From Escherichia phage K1H, in the sequence record NC_027994.1: a stretch of 41,632 nt of DNA, one strand, 5' to 3'. Each line of letters starts with the position of its first letter. The first letter of the stretch is position 1. A program made the position numbers and the translations under genes. Shown here piece after piece: positions 35,268 to 41,632 of the stretch. The notes under the pieces were generated by a model. That model did no database searches, was not told where the DNA came from, and was given only the letters and a program-made list of their open reading frames with translations.

Positions 35268-35299
35268 ACTTATCGGAACGAGACAGAGGAGTGAGGGTT

Positions 35300-35497
35300 A
35301 TGTTTAAGAATGGTCAGTTGGTTAAATGCGCCGACGGTGAACACGGCATAATTGAATTAAAATCTGCTTTATTTCCAGGAAAGTACGTAGTTACCGTGCA
35401 AAATGTGAGAGGAGTAAATTCACAAATATACGTAGCGGAGGAGAACTTAAAACTCATCGGCAACAATTTTAAATTTAAAGGGGGGAGGGTGAAGTGA
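35300..35497 (+). CDS. Hypothetical early protein
   Basis: 65 aa from ATG 35300 (GAGGAG SD); track start GTG 35291. Confidence 0.5.
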   Translation: MFKNGQLVKCADGEHGIIELKSALFPGKYVVTVQNVRGVNSQIYVAEENLKLIGNNFKFKGGRVK

Positions 35498-35706
35498 TGG
35501 AAGAATTATTTGAAGAACTGAAACATCATGATTTCGAGGAAATATATTTCGTAGCTGAACGCTACGAGGTGCATTTATCGGACGTGATTACAATTATAAC
35601 GATGGATAGCCAGCAAATGCTAAATAGCTTACGAGCAATACGAGCAATACGAACGGCATCGAATCATGATGCTTGTGCCGACGACGCTGAGGGAGGTTGC
35701 CGTTAA
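35494..35706 (+). CDS. Hypothetical early protein
   Basis: 70 aa, ATGA overlap with upstream gene. Confidence 0.5.
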   Translation: MMEELFEELKHHDFEEIYFVAERYEVHLSDVITIITMDSQQMLNSLRAIRAIRTASNHDACADDAEGGCR

Positions 35707-35909
35707 TGCGAATCCGTATAACTGACCGCAGGCTTATCCGTATAACTGACCGCAGGCTTATCCGTATAACTGACCGCAGGCTTATAGATTTCGGTATCTC
35801 GGTAGGTGATGTTTTTCCGGCGTTCAGCATCAACCATTATGGTTTTATGATTGAGTACAAAGGGTCGTTATTGTTCGTGTATCGGGATGAATGTGAGGTT
35901 CTGGTATGA
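35706..35909 (+). CDS. Small protein with triplicated RLIRITDR peptide repeat
   Basis: 67 aa from ATG 35706 (TAATG overlap, GGAGG SD 10 nt upstream); N-terminus encoded by three perfect 24-bp tandem repeats. Confidence 0.45.
   Translation: MRIRITDRRLIRITDRRLIRITDRRLIDFGISVGDVFPAFSINHYGFMIEYKGSLLFVYRDECEVLV
35712..35785. repeat. Tandem direct repeat, 3 perfect copies of 24 bp (ATCCGTATAACTGACCGCAGGCTT)
   Basis: Read directly from sequence: copies at 35712-35735, 35736-35759, 35760-35783, followed by a 2-bp partial copy. Confidence 0.9.
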
Positions 35910-36061
35910 GAGAAGCATTTGAACGGTGGGCTGTGGTCGAGGGTCTGCCGGTTAACAAGGGTTCAAAGAAAGAGTACCTGAACGTTAAGACGCGTCTCGC
36001 GTGGCGGGCGTGGAAAGCTGGTGTGCAATCCTTGATTGAAAGAGGTGTGAGGTATGGGTGA
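35906..36061 (+). CDS. Hypothetical small protein (51 aa)
   Basis: ATGA overlap with upstream and downstream genes; below ORF-track size cutoff. Confidence 0.35.
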   Translation: MREAFERWAVVEGLPVNKGSKKEYLNVKTRLAWRAWKAGVQSLIERGVRYG

Positions 36062-36254
36062 GTGGATTAAGTGTAGTGAGATGCTGCCGGGTAATGGGTA
36101 TACGGATAAAGAGTTCCTGGTGTATGAAACGTTAAATAACGCAGTTCAGCACGATTATTACATAGTTCCTGATGACGGGAGAAAGCCTTTCTGGAATCAC
36201 TACGATAAGTACGTGACGCACTGGATGCCGTTACCCGAGCCGCCAGAAGTGTGA
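36054..36254 (+). CDS. Hypothetical protein
   Basis: 66 aa, translationally coupled. Confidence 0.5.
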   Translation: MGEWIKCSEMLPGNGYTDKEFLVYETLNNAVQHDYYIVPDDGRKPFWNHYDKYVTHWMPLPEPPEV

Positions 36255-36388
36255 TGTTCAATAGTTTGGGATTTTACTGAGTGACTTACGCTGCTACACA
36301 GCAGCGTACAACTTTAACTTAGTGTCGTCAAAAGGCGACACTTTCATCAAACGCAACAATCGAAGCGACTATTGCAGGAGATGCAACA

Positions 36389-36562
36389 ATGATTACTAAA
36401 GAACAGGCTGAACGACTAATCACGTTAATCGACACGATGGTTGATGCGAAAACCGATTTAGCAACGGCAACAGAGGAATCCGCTACCTGGTCGCTTGAAG
36501 AAAGAGAAGCAGAAGCGGAAAGGGAGTTACTGGCGTTCATCGACTCTATAACACACCAATAA
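36389..36562 (+). CDS. Hypothetical small protein (57 aa)
   Basis: AGGAG SD 8 nt upstream of ATG; acidic helical protein; antisense track ORF 36328..36540 judged spurious. Confidence 0.4.
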   Translation: MITKEQAERLITLIDTMVDAKTDLATATEESATWSLEEREAEAERELLAFIDSITHQ

Positions 36563-36569
36563 AATTTAC

Positions 36570-36600
36570 TTGCACACTAAGATAGAATAGGCTACTATTC
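36570..36600 (+). promoter_or_regulatory. Sigma70-like promoter, class 1 (TTGCAC-N17-TACTAT) with dyad GAATAG-GCTA-CTATTC
   Basis: -35 36570-36575, -10 36593-36598; perfect 6-bp half-sites. Confidence 0.55.
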
Positions 36601-36628
36601 ATTTACACAAGCGAGAGGGGAGACAGAG

Positions 36629-36766
36629 ATGGGCTGGTACGGTAGCTGGACTTTAGGCGAACTGGTAGACGCTTACGAAATAATTAGTAGCGCTTCGGTG
36701 TGTGACGGCGACACTAAATCGCTGCTAGTCGGGGTGGATGAGAAAAGGGGTGAAGCTGATGAGTAA
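36629..36766 (+). CDS. Hypothetical small protein (45 aa)
   Basis: GAGAGGGGA SD; overlaps start of next gene. Confidence 0.35.
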   Translation: MGWYGSWTLGELVDAYEIISSASVCDGDTKSLLVGVDEKRGEADE

Positions 36767-37307
36767 CAAAAACGAAATATTCGAGTACCTGATCGACCAG
36801 CTACGGCAGCAGGTAAATAACAGCCGGAGCGAAGACCTGGCTCATGAGGTGCAGTCACTTAAGAATCAGTTACGTGATGCTTCGGTGCAGATTAAGGAGT
36901 TACATATGGCGCTGGCTACCGCCACCGGGGATGTAGAGGCTTACAAACTTGTGCGTAAGGGTGGGTACATTTCTAGGGGCCAGGGCTACGTGGTTGGCGA
37001 ACATGCGCCCGGGCCAACGGTAAATTGTCGGTGCACCCAGACGCCTGTACCGCCGGAGCAATCTGGTTGCCGTAAAGAAGATACCCAGGAATGCGAGCAC
37101 TCTTGGATTATTATGCCTGGGTTGTTTCTCAGCGAAGGCAATCCGAACAACGTTCCTGGTAGCGAGCTTTGCTCTAAATGTGGTAAACGTGAGTGGGACG
37201 ACAAGGAATATAAACCGAAAAACGATACTCAGGAATGTGATCATGATTGGGTTCTTGATGCCGACGAGGATTATTTTGTGTGCCGCAGATGTGGAGAGAC
37301 GACATGA
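36759..37307 (+). CDS. Cys-rich (zinc-ribbon-like) protein with N-terminal coiled coil
   Basis: 182 aa from ATG 36759; paired Cys motifs CRC, CSKCG, CRRCG plus ECEH/ECDH. Confidence 0.5.
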   Translation: MSNKNEIFEYLIDQLRQQVNNSRSEDLAHEVQSLKNQLRDASVQIKELHMALATATGDVEAYKLVRKGGYISRGQGYVVGEHAPGPTVNCRCTQTPVPPEQSGCRKEDTQECEHSWIIMPGLFLSEGNPNNVPGSELCSKCGKREWDDKEYKPKNDTQECDHDWVLDADEDYFVCRRCGETT

Positions 37308-37507
37308 CCAGCATCTTATTTATCTGGGTGCTAACTGCTGGCCAGATGCAACTAGCGGCATCAGAAACGTTTTATTCGATGGAGGCGTGCCAGTCAGCGG
37401 CACGCGCCGCAGAGAACGCGCACTTCCTGTTTCAGGGCGACAAGCCCAACGATTCGGAGGTACGCGCTATCTGCTCACCTAAGCGACTTGGTAAACAGGA
37501 GAAATAA
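37304..37507 (+). CDS. Small protein with N-terminal signal/TM segment
   Basis: 67 aa from ATG 37304 (ATGA overlap); MTSILFIWVLTAGQMQLAAS hydrophobic N-terminus. Confidence 0.45.
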   Translation: MTSILFIWVLTAGQMQLAASETFYSMEACQSAARAAENAHFLFQGDKPNDSEVRAICSPKRLGKQEK

Positions 37508-37800
37508 TGTCGTTAGCAACTGACATCCTGAAACGAAGCGGCCTTGCGCCGCTGTCGCCGAGAGCGAATACGCGTATACACAAGCGCCGCCGTAATGCAC
37601 TGTACCCCGAGATTCAGGCCAGACGCAAAGCGGTACGCGCCTGTGGATTCCAGAACGGGAAGGCTGTGAATCTCGGTGAGTTTAAAACACAGGAACGCGC
37701 AGCAATCGCTAATCGGCTATTTAATTACTGGAAATCGTTGGGATACGATGATATTCCGACGAAACCGCAGAGACGCCAATACATCTGGAGACATAAATAA
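37507..37800 (+). CDS. Hypothetical basic protein
   Basis: 97 aa, Arg/Lys-rich. Confidence 0.5.
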   Translation: MSLATDILKRSGLAPLSPRANTRIHKRRRNALYPEIQARRKAVRACGFQNGKAVNLGEFKTQERAAIANRLFNYWKSLGYDDIPTKPQRRQYIWRHK

Positions 37801-37831
37801 ACAACTATTAGGATAATTCCTACCCGTGGTA

Positions 37832-37869
37832 TCCTCCAGTTACTGCATACTTAATACGCACCTGGAGGA
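37832..37869 (+). promoter_or_regulatory. RNA hairpin sequestering holin Shine-Dalgarno
   Basis: TCCTCCAG (37832-37839) pairs with CTGGAGGA (37862-37869); the GGAGGA SD of the TTG-initiated holin lies in the 3' arm. Confidence 0.45.
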
Positions 37870-37875
37870 TTCATC

Positions 37876-38184
37876 TTGGATAAATTTACTGAAACAGTGA
37901 CGGGGTGGCTTCTCGCTGCCGCACTGGTCGGTGGATTGGTCGGGCTAAGACAACATAAAAAGTCTATATCCGGGCCGATTGACGGACTGGTATTTCTTCT
38001 CACCGGCTTCGCGTGTGCTATTTTCGGTGCACCTCTTGCCGCTCAATGGTTCGGTATTACCGGTGAGCGTGAGATAGCTGGCCTCGGATTCATCATTGCC
38101 ATTCTCTGGATGCCTATCTATTCCCGCCTTTCTGGCATCGTATCGGGTGGCGATATTGCCCGCCCAGGAGGACCGCATGACTGA
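37876..38184 (+). CDS. Holin (putative, multi-TM)
   Basis: 102 aa, TTG start, 2-3 predicted TM helices, immediately upstream of endolysin. Confidence 0.6.
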   Translation: MDKFTETVTGWLLAAALVGGLVGLRQHKKSISGPIDGLVFLLTGFACAIFGAPLAAQWFGITGEREIAGLGFIIAILWMPIYSRLSGIVSGGDIARPGGPHD

Positions 38185-38449
38185 GCTATTCTGGTTTGTC
38201 ACAATGCTTTCAATGGGCGCTTCGTCCCTGTTCAACGTGTATAATGAACGCGTGGACGACGGGCTGTTCGGGCGTGTTCTCTATATCCTGACTGCTATCG
38301 TCTGTGCCGCCGGATGTATTCACCTGTTACAGGGCAGCATGTCGCCTACGCTGCCTGAGACATTAATCACATTAGTCGCGCTGCGCCAGATTCGCCAGGC
38401 GTGGCTGTCATACGGAGGGCATAAGCGTGTCTCGAAATATTTCAGATAA
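38177..38449 (+). CDS. Second small membrane protein of lysis cassette (holin/antiholin-like)
   Basis: 90 aa from ATG 38177 overlapping holin stop; two hydrophobic segments. Confidence 0.45.
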   Translation: MTELFWFVTMLSMGASSLFNVYNERVDDGLFGRVLYILTAIVCAAGCIHLLQGSMSPTLPETLITLVALRQIRQAWLSYGGHKRVSKYFR

Positions 38450-38915
38450 TGGATTGCATTTCTGTGCCGCGTTCGAGGGATTCCGCGGAACTGCGTATCG
38501 CGCTACGCCGAACGAGAAGTACCTGACTATTGGTTATGGTCACTACGGGCCAGACGTAACACCAGGTAAGACCATCACACCAGGACAGGGCTTGCTGTTA
38601 CTGAATCGCGATATGGCTAAGGCTGTAGCTGCTGTTGACGCAGCAGCACACCACTCCCTGACACAGGCGCAGTTTGATGCAGTGTGCGACCTGGTCTATA
38701 ACGCAGGTGCTGGCGTGATTGCGTCTACTACGGGCGCAGGCAAGGCACTGCGTTCTGGTGATACTGCAACACTGCGGGCTAAGCTGGCGCTGTTCATCAA
38801 CCAGAACGGCAAACCACTACTTGGCCTGCGTCGCCGTACAGCCGGGCGTCTGGCGCTGTTCGACGGTAAACCGTGGCAAGAGGCTGAGGCTATTGGGCGC
38901 GAGGTGGAAGGTTGA
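38427..38915 (+). CDS. Endolysin, GH24 lysozyme-like
   Basis: 162 aa; FEGFRGTAY...TIGYGH motif typical of phage lysozymes; GTG start with GGAGGG SD. Confidence 0.8.
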   Translation: MSRNISDNGLHFCAAFEGFRGTAYRATPNEKYLTIGYGHYGPDVTPGKTITPGQGLLLLNRDMAKAVAAVDAAAHHSLTQAQFDAVCDLVYNAGAGVIASTTGAGKALRSGDTATLRAKLALFINQNGKPLLGLRRRTAGRLALFDGKPWQEAEAIGREVEG

Positions 38916-38979
38916 CACCTAAGACCAATCAGACGATACTTAAATCACCTCCTGTCCCATCCCTCTGCTCTCCAGTTTT

Positions 38980-39012
38980 ATCCCGGCCCTGACCCAGCCG
39001 GGATTTTTTTTA
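38980..39012 (+). terminator. Strong intrinsic terminator after endolysin
   Basis: ATCCCGGC-N9-GCCGGGAT followed by 9 T. Confidence 0.75.
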
Positions 39013-39033
39013 TCTATTTTCTGCAATGACTAG

Positions 39034-39062
39034 TTGACTATTACTCTTACACCAATTATATT
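39034..39062 (+). promoter_or_regulatory. Sigma70-like promoter (TTGACT-N17-TATATT)
   Basis: Right after terminator, about 35 nt upstream of small gene at 39096. Confidence 0.5.
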
Positions 39063-39095
39063 TACTCCATCGACAACGAGAACGGAGTAGCGAAG

Positions 39096-39245
39096 ATGAA
39101 AATAACAGATACCGAAGCATTCGAAGACGCGCAACTGTTGGCACGCGTCGCCGTTAGTAACATGGGTGGAAGCATTCCAGCGGACGCGTTCTGGTTCGCT
39201 GCGATGCAGACACTTAAAGCAGCTTATGCAGGAGAGAAGAAATGA
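39096..39245 (+). CDS. Hypothetical small protein (49 aa)
   Basis: GGAG SD; ATGA overlap with next ORF. Confidence 0.35.
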   Translation: MKITDTEAFEDAQLLARVAVSNMGGSIPADAFWFAAMQTLKAAYAGEKK

Positions 39246-39400
39246 GCGAACAAGGCCCAGTAAGCCAGCCGTTACGAGTAGGCCGTAAAGTCAGTCACAC
39301 CCCGTTCCCGACACGCGAGGAACTGATGAAACGCAACAGTTTCCCGGGGCCGGACAAGAACAAGTATCTCAATCGCATGTGGGGAGAGCGTAAAGAATGA
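39242..39400 (+). CDS. Hypothetical small protein (52 aa)
   Basis: ATGA overlaps at both ends. Confidence 0.35.
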   Translation: MSEQGPVSQPLRVGRKVSHTPFPTREELMKRNSFPGPDKNKYLNRMWGERKE

Positions 39401-39582
39401 CTGACCGTGAATACGAAAAGATGATGGTAGAGGCTGTTAACGGCGGCGTAGACATCGGTCACGTGATGCACGCCCTGAATACTAAAATCGCAGTAGCTGA
39501 GCAGATGGTTGAGTCGCTTTACGAGACACGCCGTGAACTGATTAACCGCTTCAACCTGAACAAGGGTGATACCAATGCCTAA
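39397..39582 (+). CDS. Hypothetical protein
   Basis: 61-aa track ORF, coupled. Confidence 0.45.
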   Translation: MTDREYEKMMVEAVNGGVDIGHVMHALNTKIAVAEQMVESLYETRRELINRFNLNKGDTNA

Positions 39583-39823
39583 AATCACAATCGCATCACT
39601 CGAACGCCGTATTATGGTGCTCGAGTCAGAGAAACAGACGTTAGGCGGGCAACTGTCGATTAACGGTGAGTACCAGTTAGCCGCATTTAAGGTTCTTCTC
39701 ATGTTGTTGAGAGGAGAAGAGGAAAAGATGAACGCCTGCGAGCATGATTACCGCCTGCATTTAGTTGATGGGGTGCATCGAGTCACATGCTTAAAATGCG
39801 GTAAAGCGTATGAAGTCGCCTAA
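39566..39823 (+). CDS. Hypothetical protein with C-terminal CxxC...CxxC-like pairs
   Basis: 85-aa track ORF (GTG 39566 or ATG 39575). Confidence 0.45.
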   Translation: MIPMPKITIASLERRIMVLESEKQTLGGQLSINGEYQLAAFKVLLMLLRGEEEKMNACEHDYRLHLVDGVHRVTCLKCGKAYEVA

Positions 39824-39992
39824 ACCAGTAGTAATTGATGGTGTCCTGTGGAAACCCTACTCGGTTAACCATATCGACGCCGACGGGAAGAAGTTTAGCT
39901 TCTACATTTTTGCAATTAGCCGGGAGCACGCCGCCTGTGTGGTCGACGATATACGAGAAACGGCGTGGCTTGGCGATGAGATAGGGGGGTAA
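39810..39992 (+). CDS. Hypothetical protein
   Basis: 60 aa. Confidence 0.4.
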   Translation: MKSPKPVVIDGVLWKPYSVNHIDADGKKFSFYIFAISREHAACVVDDIRETAWLGDEIGG

Positions 39993-39994
39993 GT

Positions 39995-40225
39995 ATGTTT
40001 CACGAACTGAAGATATTACCTGATCATTTTGAGCCTGTTATGGCTGGAATCAAGCTGGCGGAACTTCGATTAAACGACCGCGACTTTAAGGAATATGACA
40101 CTCTGTGCCTGCGAGAATACGAAAACGGTGGGTACACAGGCCGTATCGTTTACCGCCGCATCATTCATGTTGCGGACGTAGGGGCTTACCTGCCTGGATA
40201 CGTGCTATTAAGTATGGAGGGTTGA
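39995..40225 (+). CDS. ASCH/DUF3850-like small protein (tentative)
   Basis: 76 aa; MFHELKILPDHFEPVMAGIKLAELRLNDRDF... resembles DUF3850 N-terminus from memory. Confidence 0.4.
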   Translation: MFHELKILPDHFEPVMAGIKLAELRLNDRDFKEYDTLCLREYENGGYTGRIVYRRIIHVADVGAYLPGYVLLSMEG

Positions 40226-40227
40226 GT

Positions 40228-40320
40228 ATGAGTCTTGAGGTGGTTATTGGCCTTGTCGCAGCAGGTTATTTTATCGGCGTATTGATTGGGTTTATGTGGG
40301 GTAGAGACAGTGTTCAGTGA
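40228..40320 (+). CDS. Tiny hydrophobic peptide (30 aa, MSLEVVIGLVAAGYFIGVLIGFMWGRDSVQ)
   Basis: GGAGGG SD 6 nt upstream of ATG; single TM helix. Confidence 0.35.
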   Translation: MSLEVVIGLVAAGYFIGVLIGFMWGRDSVQ

Positions 40321-40476
40321 CATCAACGCGGCAATCGAAGAAGCAATCTGGCGCCGGTACAATGGTGAGCAGCAACGGCACTTCTGCCTTGTGCAACGCG
40401 GCAACATGATTGCTGTGGTTCAGGACCGCGATAATAAATATCCGAATGCGATGTGGACAACGAGGAATTTCTTAGG

Positions 40477-40713
40477 ATGATTACCAGCATTCCGAACCTG
40501 ATTAAAGAATTTGGCACAATGGCGGAGACATGCCGACAAACCGGCATCAACGAAATGACGATTGCGAAGTACAGCAAAGACGTCGATTGTGAACGCCATG
40601 TAATTTATAACAATCGTCTGATGACGCACGTTAAGACAAGCCCGGTGTTATTCACGCGCCGGGGTATTACTAAAACAGAGCAACGTATTGCTAAAGAGGG
40701 GAGTGGGGAATGA
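40477..40713 (+). CDS. Putative DNA-binding protein (HTH-like)
   Basis: 78 aa from ATG 40477; CRQTGINEMTIAKYS segment resembles HTH; track start 40453 is GTG. Confidence 0.4.
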   Translation: MITSIPNLIKEFGTMAETCRQTGINEMTIAKYSKDVDCERHVIYNNRLMTHVKTSPVLFTRRGITKTEQRIAKEGSGE

Positions 40714-40868
40714 TTAGTATTCTGGAGTTCATCGACAACCAAGTTTGGTACGAGCCAGAGTTAAATAAGTATTCAGTTAATGGGAAAATATTTCGGCGCA
40801 AAGGCCAGGCAGAGCGTTACGCAGCTAAACTATACCGTCAGCTTGTCAAGGATGGTTTCTTCAAATGA
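40710..40868 (+). CDS. Hypothetical small protein (52 aa)
   Basis: ATGA overlaps at both ends. Confidence 0.35.
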   Translation: MISILEFIDNQVWYEPELNKYSVNGKIFRRKGQAERYAAKLYRQLVKDGFFK

Positions 40869-40966
40869 GACTACTAATCATCCCTAACGCCTGGGCCATT
40901 CCCGTAGCTAACGACCATTACGGCGGCGACGGTAAAAGAGCACCACGCCACGGCCTATACAACTGA
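40865..40966 (+). CDS. Hypothetical small protein (33 aa)
   Basis: Coupled ORF; followed by terminator. Confidence 0.25.
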   Translation: MRLLIIPNAWAIPVANDHYGGDGKRAPRHGLYN

Positions 40967-40969
40967 TAC

Positions 40970-40994
40970 AAGCCCTCTACCGAGGGCTTTTCTG
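40970..40994 (+). terminator. Intrinsic terminator
   Basis: AGCCCTC-TACC-GAGGGCT plus TTTTCTG. Confidence 0.55.
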
Positions 40995-41022
40995 TACATC
41001 CTGCCCAATCACCTTATATAAT
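40993..41022 (+). promoter_or_regulatory. Putative sigma70-like promoter of terminase operon (TGTACA-N18-TATAAT)
   Basis: Consensus -10 TATAAT at 41017-41022; weak -35. Confidence 0.4.
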
Positions 41023-41087
41023 CCATTTAGACGCGTAGGGCGCGTCTGGTGCGCTCTGATGGTCAGACGCATATGCAAGGGGATTAT

Positions 41088-41632
41088 ATGAAGCTGAAAC
41101 TCAAGCAGCCATCGCCAGAGGTGGTGCAAGCTGCACATGAAGAAGCTGTTAGCGCAAACCGCCGACGTAAACGACCGCGTGGGAAACAGAGCCTTTATCA
41201 ATCGTCCCGTAATTCCGCCGCGTTGTGGGACCCGGACTATTGCGACGCGTTAATCGAGTTCTTCGACCGCACGTCATGGGAGGCTATGCCGACAGGAGCG
41301 CACGGAGACTACAAAGCAGTCATTGCGGATAAACCGCCATCACTGGCTCGCTTCGCCTTACACATCGGTGTAACTATCCCGATTATTAAGCTGTGGCTGC
41401 GTGAGATTCCCGCATTTGCAGAAGCCTATGAAACAGCACAGGCGCTGGAAGAGGCATATTTCACTGAGACAGGGGCCGCGGGCATCTCTGCTACGTTCTC
41501 CGCAGCTAAACTGGGCCTCGGTAAAGAGAAACCAGTCGAATCCACCGAAGAAACGGCACCGACTGAGATTATTTTTAGTGTTGCAGAGCCTGTAGGTAAA
41601 ATTGTAACAACGAATATGGGTGAGGTAGAGGA
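41088..41632 (+). CDS. terS: Terminase small subunit (3' end truncated by window)
   Basis: Open frame from ATG 41088 to window end (no stop; absent from ORF track); basic N-terminus, precedes terL on the circular/permuted map. Confidence 0.65.
   Translation, partial: MKLKLKQPSPEVVQAAHEEAVSANRRRKRPRGKQSLYQSSRNSAALWDPDYCDALIEFFDRTSWEAMPTGAHGDYKAVIADKPPSLARFALHIGVTIPIIKLWLREIPAFAEAYETAQALEEAYFTETGAAGISATFSAAKLGLGKEKPVESTEETAPTEIIFSVAEPVGKIVTTNMGEVE

Noticed and set aside
35712-35785. CRISPR array
   Set aside because: Repeats are directly adjacent with no spacers; only three copies; no cas genes.
35594-35909. Minus-strand ORF 35594..35833 and repeat-spanning translations across the 24-bp tandem repeats
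   Set aside because: A 24-bp period keeps every frame open through the repeats, so ORFs there are expected by construction; only the plus-strand ORF with TAATG coupling and an SD was retained, at moderate confidence.
40286-40480. 64-aa plus-strand ORF overlapping the 30-aa peptide gene and the downstream HTH-like gene
   Set aside because: No credible RBS for either the ATG or the internal GTG; possibly real but unsupported; left unannotated.
1-41632. tRNA genes, integrase/attP, toxin-antitoxin pairs with recognisable domains
   Set aside because: No cloverleaf-like sequences with the conserved T-loop (GTTCGA/GTTCAA in the right context) were seen by eye in intergenic regions and no integrase-like ORF exists in the track; absence is by visual inspection only and should be confirmed with tRNAscan-SE and HMM searches.

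Overview
This window looks like a near-complete genome of a virulent, siphovirus-type enterobacterial phage (about 50% GC), read by eye from the sequence and the ORF track; no database search was possible. Layout: (i) a rightward (+) late/structural block running from a 3'-truncated small terminase at the window end (41088..41632) through terL at position 1, portal, head morphogenesis, scaffold, major capsid, connector/neck genes and major tail protein (to 10413), then tail chaperone, tape measure, lambda M/L/K/J-like tail tip genes and a 984-aa tailspike with a C-terminal self-cleaving chaperone domain (13165..23135); (ii) a leftward (-) replication block (34845 down to 23164) with AlpA-like regulator, primase/helicase, acidic early protein, PD-(D/E)XK nuclease, SSB-like protein, family A DNA polymerase, VRR-NUC, orphan C5 cytosine methyltransferase and SNF2-like helicase; (iii) a rightward block of many small, translationally coupled genes (35300..40966) containing the holin/endolysin cassette; (iv) a leftward nucleotide-metabolism insert (P-loop kinase, HAD phosphatase, HTH-metallophosphoesterase, secreted protein; 10442..13000) inside the tail module. 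The Rz/Rz1 spanin pair sits apart from the holin/endolysin cassette, between head genes. No integrase, tRNA or CRISPR array was seen. The most interesting signal is regulatory: a dyad GAATAG-N4-CTATTC is embedded in the spacer/-10 region of at least eight sigma70-like promoters of two families (TTGCAC-N17-TACTAT and TTGACA-N17-TATAGT), including an overlapping divergent promoter pair next to a Cro-like HTH gene. Other notable items are three perfect 24-bp tandem repeats (iteron-like) inside a small early gene, a roughly 390-nt ATG-free structured region behind a strong promoter, a hairpin sequestering the holin ribosome-binding site, and several very small hydrophobic-peptide ORFs with good SD sequences. 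Hand-counted coordinates of non-CDS elements may be off by 1-2 bp.
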